The translations under genes were made by a program, and so were the position numbers. 64,000 nt of DNA from contig OZ076409.1 of NCBI GenBank assembly GCA_964187785.1, positions 56,670,001 to 56,734,000 on the forward strand, written 5' to 3'. Shown here one piece after another: positions 44,501 to 52,848 of the stretch (the first letter of the stretch is position 1; each line of letters begins with the position of its first letter). Origin of the DNA: Amphiscolops sp. MND2022. Lineage: Eukaryota. The notes below the pieces were generated by a model, which saw only the letters and a program-made list of their open reading frames with translations, did not search any database and was not told the DNA's origin.

Positions 44501-47500
44501 CGACCTCATCAGTGGAGATAACAAACGATGGCTCTTGGTCACTTACCTCATGTACGGTTTTGAAGATTCGAGGTGTTTTGGGGTCCCTGATAGTAACTTT
44601 CATTGCCGTCAAATCCACCAACACGTTGTATGTACGCAAGAAGTTGCGACCCAGGAGGAAATCTTCTGAACCAATGTTATCCGCTATTACTACGAAATTG
44701 GTCTTCAGAGTGTATCCGCCAAGCTGAAAGCTTACGTCTTCAGCTATGCCAACAGTGGTGATGTTCTTGCCATTGGCAGCGAAGAGTTCAATGTCATGTG
44801 GTGTCAGGCTCAGCGCATGTTGGGAGGCAATCTTTTTGTATGCGCTCAAAGATAGAATTGAGACTCCCGAACCGGTGTCAATCATGCCGAAGAGTGGTAT
44901 CGGCTTTTGCAGAGGGGTTCCGAATGCCACAACTAGCGAAGCTCGTTCATCAATCTGAGCTTCCCCTTGTGCATCCTGTACTCCGATGTTATAACAACGC
45001 AGTTCTTGCCTGCCTAGATAGAGGCCTTGCGGAAAGTGTCCTTCCAGGACAACAATCGCATCAGACCTAACGTCCACGCCGTCAACCGTGATCGCTATGG
45101 GGACTGGCGCTATTGTCTTCACTCTCTGGACTTGAGCTAGTTTAGTCTCATCTGTTCTGGTGAAATGGGGTAATGGCCTGGAAGCTATCGTCAAGTTGGT
45201 ATTGCGGCAGAGTTCTTCCTTCAATTGCGCCAAGGTTAGGTTTGGGCGCGCCTTCTGCTCTGCCGAGAGTAACAAATGAATGGATATTAGCGTCTCAGTG
45301 CAGTCGGGCGCTGGGGCTTCAAGCGTCGTCAAGATTTGCTTTTCACCACAAGTCACGACCACCGGGCGTGAGGGGCCGCCATCTTCCGAAGTCGAAATCA
45401 CCCTTATTTGATCCTCTGAATCACGGTAGTCCCTGGAGTTCGTGACAGGGGCGTACCACGCCGTCCTTACCTGTTCTTCTGTCGCTGCATTGTCGGGTAT
45501 CGTACAGTCTGATGCCACGTGGCCGGAGCGACCGCAATTGACACAAAAAGCTGATGTGCTTTGTTCTGGTAGGGATGCGGGCACCAAGTCGTCATTCATG
45601 CCGCGCGGGTTTGATGGACATGTCCATTCTCCAGCTACGTTCGTGCGACACGAGTTAACTATTTGTTGCATTGGCTTCCTCGCTCGGTCCTTCAATGGGC
45701 AATCAGCTACAAAGTGTGAAGGGTCTCCACAGTTGAAGCATGCACGCTGCGGTTGCTGTCTGAAAGGCGCAGACGGTTGTTGGGGTTGCTGGGCGTTGGG
45801 CGGTTGAGGGGCTGGCGCCTGCGGTTGGTTTTGTTGATTTGCGGCAGCAGGAGGAAATTGCTGCTGATGTTGCTGGGGTGTGGGATAACTTTCAGATCGG
45901 GCCGCACCTCGCATGCGTAGGTATTGTTGCACGGTGAATCGTAGGGCCTCCACAGTTGGAGGTGTATCAACATACTGTTCCTGCGCGTACATGAGTGCAA
46001 GGTTTCGTTTCAGTTCGAAGCTACGTACTCCCTCGATGAATTTTTGCATGATTTCATAGCGTCTCACCGCCACTTCTTCGTTGGGGAAGCCTTGACTGCG
46101 TAAACCTTCCAATGCGTCCAGATATTGCATGTAATCCTCGTCGGGGGACTGATTTCGAGTGCGGAACTGTTGCTGAATTTGGATTTTGTTGGATCCCGTT
46201 CCAAACCTTCGTGCTAGTAGCGCGAAGACTTTTTCTTCAGTATCACGTTCCGCTTCTGATTTGTTCGTTATGTAGTCACGTGCCTCGTTTTCCAGAAATT
46301 CTACTATGGTCCATGCTTTATCCAGGGGGGTGTCCTTGGCGTGAGCTTTTCCCAGGTAGCGTTTCATTAACATCAGCCAACCATCCACTATCCCGTCGCG
46401 TGTGCCGCGGTATTTGGGCGGTTTGTTCTTGGTCTCTTTTGCGGCAAGTAACGGTTCCAGACCTTTAGACATCGCGGTGGTTATTGCTTCTGCCAACGTC
46501 TGACTGGGTATGGCATTCGGAGGGTTGTTGTTAGCAGTCCCGTTCACTGTTGCTGTATTCAAGTTCCTTTTGGTATTTGTCCTTCTCTGCGTGCTAGAGG
46601 CCAATGGCCGTGGTTGGGAACTATCGTAAGTAAAGGCTAAATGTTTCGCGCCCAGGACTGAAGAGGTGGCCGTGTGATATTCAGTGTTTCCCGTAACGGT
46701 GTTCATGTCACTGGGCATTTGGCCACTAGTCGCCGAATAGTAATCTCCCGTCGTCGAAGCACCTCTCGCATATGGGTCGAATGAAGGAGGGCCGGAAATC
46801 TCACAATATTGCGCTTCAGTTTGGTTTGCCGTTGAGGCATGGGTCTTCGCCGGCCTCTTTTGGTATGTTGCTGGGGGTTGCAACTTTGGTTGTTTCGTGT
46901 GATCAGATTTCATCACATTTTGACGTTGGGCAACTTCCCGATACGTAGGCCGCTGAGTCGGGAGCGCACTTGTGGATGGAGCATCTGCAGGGGCAAGTGC
47001 CACCGGCACAGGTGAGGGGCGGCTTGGTATCGTTGCTATCACGGTCTTCACCCCTAGGGTCAAGTCCTGGACCGTGGTCATAAGGTCCACCATGCGTTTA
47101 TCAACATCTAGGTCTCTGCGATATATCATCTCAGACATATTCTTGTGACGCTCCTCTGCTAATTGGTCTCTTTGCGCCATTATGGCTGTCATTTCTGATA
47201 TTCGCTTCTCCGTCAGGTCTTTAACTGTTGTCACGGATGTTTCGATTTTGCCTTGATTGGCGCGTCCTTCCATTTTTATTTCGGCTACTTCTTTTCTCAG
47301 CTCTTCCATTTTCATTTCCAGGACTCCTGCCCGTTGGATATGATCATTGTTTTCTTGGGCTAGCTTTACCTGGACCCGTTTCAATTGCTCCATGCTATGT
47401 CCAAAGTCTTCCTTTATTGCCTCGGTCTCTTTGATACCTCGGGTGATTGTTGAATTAGGGGAGGCTGCGCTGCCAGCATTAGAGTGTTGGGATATTGCTG

Positions 47501-48137
47501 TGCGCTCTAACCGCAAGACACTGGGGTCCAACACTGGTGGTGTGGCAAAGGCATAACTTTGTTGAGTCCAGTCTTTCCTGGTTTTCCGTTTTCCCAGTTG
47601 GCTTCCTGAGGGGATCATCGCGGTATTACCCAACGTGTCCCTACTGACTTCGAATACTGGTGTACCGGAATTCGGTGGGTCCGCACTCGTGCCCACATGT
47701 GGAGTAATATCTCCCAAAGTCATTCCCACCTTTGCATTCCCTACCCACTCGCTGATGTCCGAGCTAGTAGCTGCTTTTCTATTCGAGTTTGGCCAGTCCC
47801 CGGTAGCAATCACGGAAGCGTTTAAGGGAGGCCACACGTTGGTGCGGTTCATGGGAGTCCCAATTTCAATCTCAGCGCTATCCGGTGACGCCTGCGATGA
47901 ACTTGATTGGCTTGCTTGCGCAATTTGTGAGTTTTGCATCGTGTTTGGTACGTTGTCTGACATGACGTCGTCTAAAAACAGGTCGGCGGTCATATTCAGA
48001 GATGCCATTCCAGCTTGTATGCTCAGCGTGTGCAACCCTTCTATATCATTCGCGAATGGGTTGGTGGCATGAAAACCACGGTACTCGTCAGACGTTTCAC
48101 TCGATGATCTTAAGTACTCCCACTCGCTCAAACTCAT
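38529..48137 (-). CDS. Gag-Pol polyprotein, 3202 aa, single reading frame
   Basis: Coiled coil and capsid-like region (PPKYRGTRDG...). Two CCHC knuckles (45699-45740, 45504-45545). Protease IDTGSG (44871-44879). RT YIDD (43395-43406). RNase H LDTDAS...VDNQAL...NADGLS. Integrase HHCC, D,D,E and GPH motif (about 40860-41900). C-terminal extension of about 770 aa. Confidence 0.97.
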   Translation of the reverse strand: MSLSEWEYLRSSSETSDEYRGFHATNPFANDIEGLHTLSIQAGMASLNMTADLFLDDVMSDNVPNTMQNSQIAQASQSSSSQASPDSAEIEIGTPMNRTNVWPPLNASVIATGDWPNSNRKAATSSDISEWVGNAKVGMTLGDITPHVGTSADPPNSGTPVFEVSRDTLGNTAMIPSGSQLGKRKTRKDWTQQSYAFATPPVLDPSVLRLERTAISQHSNAGSAASPNSTITRGIKETEAIKEDFGHSMEQLKRVQVKLAQENNDHIQRAGVLEMKMEELRKEVAEIKMEGRANQGKIETSVTTVKDLTEKRISEMTAIMAQRDQLAEERHKNMSEMIYRRDLDVDKRMVDLMTTVQDLTLGVKTVIATIPSRPSPVPVALAPADAPSTSALPTQRPTYREVAQRQNVMKSDHTKQPKLQPPATYQKRPAKTHASTANQTEAQYCEISGPPSFDPYARGASTTGDYYSATSGQMPSDMNTVTGNTEYHTATSSVLGAKHLAFTYDSSQPRPLASSTQRRTNTKRNLNTATVNGTANNNPPNAIPSQTLAEAITTAMSKGLEPLLAAKETKNKPPKYRGTRDGIVDGWLMLMKRYLGKAHAKDTPLDKAWTIVEFLENEARDYITNKSEAERDTEEKVFALLARRFGTGSNKIQIQQQFRTRNQSPDEDYMQYLDALEGLRSQGFPNEEVAVRRYEIMQKFIEGVRSFELKRNLALMYAQEQYVDTPPTVEALRFTVQQYLRMRGAARSESYPTPQQHQQQFPPAAANQQNQPQAPAPQPPNAQQPQQPSAPFRQQPQRACFNCGDPSHFVADCPLKDRARKPMQQIVNSCRTNVAGEWTCPSNPRGMNDDLVPASLPEQSTSAFCVNCGRSGHVASDCTIPDNAATEEQVRTAWYAPVTNSRDYRDSEDQIRVISTSEDGGPSRPVVVTCGEKQILTTLEAPAPDCTETLISIHLLLSAEQKARPNLTLAQLKEELCRNTNLTIASRPLPHFTRTDETKLAQVQRVKTIAPVPIAITVDGVDVRSDAIVVLEGHFPQGLYLGRQELRCYNIGVQDAQGEAQIDERASLVVAFGTPLQKPIPLFGMIDTGSGVSILSLSAYKKIASQHALSLTPHDIELFAANGKNITTVGIAEDVSFQLGGYTLKTNFVVIADNIGSEDFLLGRNFLRTYNVLVDLTAMKVTIRDPKTPRIFKTVHEVSDQEPSFVISTDEVVLGPFERKVVRAKIITQQPNDFLFRNVMVHSCSIKSRSVFVSEDTLTSVGEEGIIFVALRNQTDKERVRVKAQTVVGKAALTTFVLNSIPLQNNGEASKLFAEHVHQIQQNVDMDTSSEFSSFAQNFLSSTEPSELDLSESEKRKRTDPQLLKAIPGPDLSSVLSSWGEEARDKLETILNEYEDLFMKNKSDIGRCKIAKHRIELEPEAIPHREGTRRMSPDKAAKANQEVQNLLALGLIQPSYSPWASGIVMVKKKTGELRFCCDFRPLNDVTVKDAFPLPRIDESLSRIGNAKIFTSIDLAWAFWQIPLKKRDRRKTAFACELGLFEWRRMPFGLCNASATFQRSFTRALQRIQQRHGSVVMAYIDDIVIATETIEDHLERIKEVFECLREAGFKMRAEKCDFMRTETKYLGRVVSAEGIKPDPAAVSKIQEWMPPRNREELQSFLGFANYYRDFIPFHAAKVQPMQELLKKNQHFHWKEKHQEAFDSVKQALADATALAAPNDEGRFVLDTDASGVAIAGILHQEQEYKGKTILRPIVYGSKSLTRTQLNYGAPKLEMYAVFYFIEKFHSYLAGREFTLRVDNQALSWLKTYSMDQAMIGRWIARLDQYHFKTIHRPRTQHRNADGLSKRTNDYVHREKIVEALPEVSKGFSFMSQKDYEELPTVPYIDKHGKFIPDHPELPPEARAQLPVLYILKKPPKEKLTSDSSSNSIPWYPQVQWETTPTSTEDDRPNCILSVTTKVPAARLDTTQRDPALRRLPTQCQEQADVLRLAGTELHEHQSTLRGLKDLHLAQNRDVHLLALRKLMKNEPLEDTLFPEDVQDFAKRYFHQKKDLLFLNQNDILCVNYIPQQRAMHVRPCMIVMPQLYQHEILYRAHDESGHQGVGKVLARIQERHTWPGIKRDVVNHIKHCLTCQQTKHPAGNPCYPFQSTNSSNFNDLVQFDQLKLCKTTSGNNGLLVIIDHFTKFAEAIPCAHDEYDAQTTAKIILNKWFARHGTPARMQSDNATNFTAEIAQELMKASQVTKVTSTPAHPRGNGLVERQNRTLLTLLRVYTSRRMSDWDEHIDGVLGAYNSTRHATTGFSPYMLQHGAEKSIPLSFIYPEFAAREFGSKEEFVEHLLARQQEIHELVRRNTHQAQVRQKQKFDRHLKAKAHAVGDAVWVFCHIIPKGGTRKLLRAWRGPHKVTDVLQDGRLYVLDTGQKVHFERLKKHVPAPWEWAAHQPFGLDQNIAIMADPYVEESNEEITSDISRDSFLPEQLPEASFEMEPTAPVPPRTIQTRTQSALEQGIPRRRFSHFGYPSESESDPEPIEQPIEETQQPVVFPDIDDLEPLFSDQEEILPEPAQNLIPSPSGTSAPLLSNPALTDTLSNFPLFSSRAGSSVGPEPVEEAEPQEATDREILKPGQSIEAPPTSGRTATRRGRPRGRPPGRRRGSTSSSSRALTRTNRPGTKSRDRVQTRAQSRALERAMTLPNIAESVSPEQPEAERLTPSQAPPYLLRRNRAPKYRCGNCGSRNCSCVNLVEGKSPDNRLARGVAAPAPDLAVIETTEDHMQHTIRHVQTHDQDISRVYHIVITVEKTYSSIGPGVVPPLETTLKAMHETSPSDSPTYRFKEWTWHDKSGLEFTLAANIPPLPPSIVFGELDPKDMKIAMVRCITAQKLWQQYGVTLPPGDVYHPTTGWWLLVTTLDESSPVNPGTLLTCLENLRTLVEFEDTLCFHLADIYRGKFLSQHWLQLLAITFCRQAKIHLLDKYTYTFENPVTVLEALSVVHDWSCTNMGARPLRRTVWQDHKAILAHLSLGQNDHSTITGRLLTTHPKFKPNYLSWISYEETDILQARGTVAICCPADLLAYSAMARYVVREYGQEEIFRLRPAVGKAIRLPKSTTAPWNNEIILLITRASNKHPILHDVLHLCLVDLIQKLMRAHATQIHLPIYDPERSINMLPAWYSMLRDHFIDSNIDVVLHDRVYVSIASIETRLDHGKSKLD

Positions 48138-51100
48138 TTTCGCTCACTCAATCTCAGTTTTCCACTAATTGATGCGGCAAAAACTTTTTCTCTTTCTGTC
48201 TTACTCTCACTCCTTCCCTTCAACAAACGAAATTAAGGCAACTCGAATTGGAAGTATTAATATCCCTTCCTCCGATTGTCTAACTAAACTGTTATACTAT
48301 TTTGTTCTGGAGCTTGTAGCTCGCGATTGCCTTCTGGGTTCTAAGTCAAGATCAGCTGGCTTTCATGAACACAATACTATTAATTACATGCACTAACTCA
48401 AGATTACATGCACTGGTGCTAATCACCACTAATCTGAACAGAAAGGTTTGCTTCCCCACTAACTGGAGATAGTTATCCTATTAAAAGTTAAAGTTAAGCC
48501 TTTTAAAAAAAATTTTTTTTTGAGGTACTTTGACAAGCTACTTGCACTAAACTACGCTTGATCCAGCCACAGGCTATGCGGTTGGAGCGAACAAAAAGGT
48601 TTTGGCACGCTAGTAGGGTTTTACGGAGGTTTATTCAAGAAATCACCGTACTTTGCTTCACAAACGTGCTTTATGTTACTCGCATTGCCCTTTAATAAGA
48701 GAGCACACGAGGGATTACTACAAAAAGGGGAATTGGGGAATAGACCTTGGGGGTGAGCAAGTGTCAGAACACCTTAGAACGAGAGGATTTTCCCAATCTG
48801 ATCGTAGCACGGTCAATAGAAATACAGATCTTCACTATTTCAAATGCTATTACACTCAATTTCCTGTCTCGAGACGCACCGCGTCCGAAGTCTAAGTCTC
48901 CTAGAAAACTCCTAGATGCGTTCTAGCTTTCTCACGTCACTTCTCAGTCGAGGCCAACGTGGCTATAGCTATTAGCTCGCACTTAGGTGACTTCGGTGGC
49001 CGTTAGTAGAGAAAACACGTTTTTTGTGTTTTTCACTCCTATGTCTCGTCAACAGTTTTCTAATGAACCCAAGATCTTAGGGTTGAGCTAGCTCTATTCT
49101 GATTGCCTCAACAGGACGTGCTATGGGTGGCTAGGGTAGAACTAGGGTTGTTTGAGCCCTCACTTGCTACTACACCTACGAAATGTATGCTATTTTTCGC
49201 AAAATTTCTCAAAATCAGCAATTTTTTCACCAAGGTGCACGCCTGGAACAGGTGAAAATCACTTCTAGAGCTAGTAGCGACCTGAAAATTTAACACGGTA
49301 TACTACAGTGGCTAAATCGTGGGAAACTAACCGCCGATTGCGCCAAAATTGTTTCCTCGTGACTCAGGGTCGCTCACCAATGTTACTTGAAAAATCGACT
49401 ATGTTGCAAAATTCACACAAGTTTGTCAAACTCGCCTTCCAGGCTTCCTAGCTACTTGAAATTTTGTATGCGAGCGTGTATTATGCCCACGTAACAGAAA
49501 AACAATATAGCGGGGTTCCCAGGTCGATATTCAGCAATCCGAGTTGACAAAACTATGCTGTACTCTATATGTCACTTTCAAGGGTCAAAATTCACAAAAT
49601 TGTCAATTTCTCTAAGTTGGCCAGTAGCAGGCTGCTCAAAATGCACAAATCGTCGGGATCTAGTGCCGTATGTACGAAAATGCAAGAATTTTAGTGCTGG
49701 GATACCTGCAAGGTATTGCACTATGCTCAACTAAAATTCAATTTTTTCGACATTTTCGGATCATTTTTGAGCAAAACTGCGGCTAAGATTTCTCGATCAC
49801 TAGTAATGGTAGCGCTACGAAACTTACACCACTAACGTAACTTTTTGCGGTCTACACGATGGTGCAATCCGTTTTGGGCTACTCCTGCTAGGAGAGATTT
49901 CGACTTGTCTTGGAAACACTACTCCAATGTTCCGATAATGTCGCAAAAATAGCACGTCTTAGGCTATTTCTCAACAACCACTGGTTGGAATCACTCGCGG
50001 TTTTCGGCGTTAGTAATCTAGTACTCTCTACTAACAGAAAATAGGCGAGCAAAACCTGGCAGGTTCCAAATAAGGTCTCTCAAAATTGATTTTAGGTTAC
50101 ACCTTGGACACTCTGGGAACACCTATGAAAAACACGTATTTTCCCTAGGAACTTTTTATTTTTCGGTTCCCAGAGGTTCGGGATGGTTTTAACAGTACAG
50201 TAGGAAGGTGTAACTACTTTATTTAGGGGACTGGGGTTCTTTCAATTATTACTTTTGATGTTATACCTCTCAGGTCTATGGGGTCCTGTACTCAGATCTA
50301 TATATATTGAAAGAAACAAGCTGTTAAAGTTTCAATTTTAATAGGGGAGCCTTAAAAAACAACTTGGTAGTAGTGTCTTGTACTACCAAGCTAGGGAACA
50401 AGGTTTTTGGGCTGATCTGAAAGCTTTGGGTCAAGTGCCCAAGACTTTGCCCTCGTCAAATTTGGTCTTTTTGGCCAATTTCGACTTTTTCTCAATAAAA
50501 TTCACACAATTTCTCGATTTTACACCAAGTTGGCCCAACAAATTTTTCTGTTCCTGACCTAGCAGGTCTGATGGAACGTTTTTCCCGTATTCCCAGTGGC
50601 CGTATCCTTTTTCACAAATTTTCACCCTTCAAAATCCGTAAAATCGCTATTTGAGCTATATAGGGTGTTGTTTTCAAGGTTTTCACGCTCAAATTTTTAA
50701 TCAACTGGTTCAAACACCCTCAGGGTATTTTTCCCAGTTAGTTTTAGTGGGGATAGGCCTGGGAATATGCTTTTTGGGCCGATTATTAGCAAGAATTGGC
50801 AATATAACCCGATTGTCGTGGGTATTCGGCAACTAGAGAGGTACTGGAGGTGTGACGTCTGAGGTGCTCACACACTGTCGTCAGCTAGCTGGGGCCTTCA
50901 GCACTCGTCCTCTCGGTCCTCATACATTGCCAATTTACTGAAATAGAGCTGCAAAACCCTTTAAAACCAGTTCCGGATAGGCCGGATTCACTTTTTCAAC
51001 AGATATTATCGAAATACAGGGGGTACACTGTCTGAAATCGCCGATTTTCGGTTCCAGACCTCGGAAATACGCTGGAAACGCAGGAAAAACACTAATACAA

Positions 51101-51224
51101 GGCCCACAGGGCTAGAATAAGGCAATAAAAACAATCTAGGACCCACCAGAAGAATTTCCTAGATCCGGACCTAGCAGGGCCGGAAAGCAGGAAAAACTCC
51201 AATTATGGCGAAAAGATGGAAAAT

Positions 51225-51242
51225 GTCCCTTGTGGGGCGCCA
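51225..51242 (-). promoter_or_regulatory. Primer-binding site, tRNA-Lys-like, 16 nt inside the 5' LTR boundary
   Basis: TGGCGCCCCACAAGGGAC matches 15/18 positions of the tRNA-Lys3 PBS TGGCGCCCGAACAGGGAC. Confidence 0.7.
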
Positions 51243-51258
51243 TAAAAACTATCCTAGA

Positions 51259-51978
51259 TGTAACGTCAAGCTAGCAGTTACATTCCAGAACTGGGACAAT
51301 GCTCAGGTTGCCTTAACAAGAGACCAATGTCTTATAACTACCTAAACATTAGTTTTTGATCCCAAGTGGTCTCTGCAGGGACTTTTCCAAGACGCCGAGG
51401 AGACTCCTCATATTAGAGCTCCGTGGCGACGTGCCGGCACACTCAAAGTCCGGACACGTCCCACAAGCACGTAAAAACAGTCCTAAAGGCTTCCCGCGAT
51501 CCTACATATCTCCGAGGTCCGAAAACAGGGGTTTAGGCAAGGCTCATTTCAATTATGTGAATAACGTCTAAAATCAACAGTACGAGGATCTGGCAGATTC
51601 AACATCACCATATATCTACAAATAGTAATCAAAAACAACATAACTAATCAAATTAGGCTTTTCCAGCGCTTCTGTACTGATTTTGCAGTTTTCTTCATCT
51701 TCTTCTGATATGGGACATCTGGATCGAAGGCCATTTCTAGTACAATATACAATTTTCTGGGGAGATGACACAATTTCCGCGATCTTCTTGTCTCCTCATA
51801 CCGTGTGGATGTTCTTTCTTCTCTTCTGGGTCGGGGGGGGGGTTGTCCTTTTCGTTGTGTGTGCTTCTTTTTTTTTGATTTCAACGACCTGCTAGGTCGG
51901 CCATTTTGGATTCGCACATTTTCGACTTTTTCAACGAATTTTTGGTGCAAACTGGTATGTCGATTGGTGGACGTTACA
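51259..51978 (-). repeat. 5' LTR of the giant element
   Basis: Direct repeat of 32858-33577. Confidence 0.97.
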
Positions 51979-52745
51979 CTACATCTTGGCAACCATGGAT
52001 CCCATGGCAAAATTCTTATTAAGATCTTACTAAGATAATACTTATTCCAAGATCGTATCTTATCACGATGCACAAAATTTTAAGATTATAAAAAAACACT
52101 ATACCTTCGGTACAAGCAGCCGAGATTCAATCTAAAGGCTCATTTCACCCAACAACGATTATTTCTACTCGTTTTCATAATCGAAATGCTTAAACCTGCT
52201 GAAAATATTTTGCATGCAAAAAGGCGTGAAAATGACGATAACGTATTCTGGCTTCCGAAAATTTGACGAGAATCCTAATAACTCCTCACCTGTTTAAGTC
52301 TGAAAAATGTCGAATGTACCAAATGAAAGGTCTATTCATGGGCTTTCCAAAACTTGTAATTTATCACCACTCATGTCGATTTCAGAGACGGAGAAATATG
52401 CTCTCAAACGTCCAGACCCACTATCGGAAAGTTACAAAGGAAAGACTTTTTGAAATCCGGGAATTTTTGTAAAAATCATATTTTCAGCTTTCTTAGAGCC
52501 TGTTTAAGCAGCCTTGTTACTGCTAGAAACGGCGGTCATTGCACCAATTTGGCTAATGATTCAGCTCGAAGCTTTTCTGACGCCGTTGTTGGCGACAGTT
52601 TTGCAATTGAAAGAAAGATATCGAAATCAAAATGGTTGTAAAAATCATTGAGTAATTTTGTTTAAAGTGATGTCTAGATTAACTCTTAATGTAATGGTTT
52701 TCTGATTCTACTTTTTCTCGATATCGAGCAGTTCGTAGCAATTGT

Positions 52746-52848
52746 TTTCTTGCCATATTCGGCTTCTTAGTTAGATTTTTCTTGCCATATTGGGCTTCTT
52801 AGTAAGATTTTTCTTGCCATATTGGGCTTCTTAGTAAGATTTTTCTTG
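52746..52848. repeat. Tandem repeat, about 3 x 32 bp, inside the MITE
   Basis: TTTTTCTTGCCATATTGGGCTTCTTAGTAAGA units, period 32. Confidence 0.9.

Larger units (their letters stand above)
32858..51978 (-). mobile_element. Giant (19,121 bp) young Ty3/gypsy LTR retrotransposon with an additional large ORF
   Basis: 720-bp LTRs TGTAACGTC...GACGTTACA with about 4 substitutions. PPT and tRNA-Lys-like PBS. Intact 3202-aa Gag-Pol (PR-RT-RH-IN order) and ORF2 downstream. Flanks share CTA. Confidence 0.97.

Noticed and set aside
34671..48072. Many plus-strand ORFs of 60-160 aa inside the giant element
   Set aside because: They are antisense shadows of the long, GC-richer minus-strand ORFs and have no motifs.
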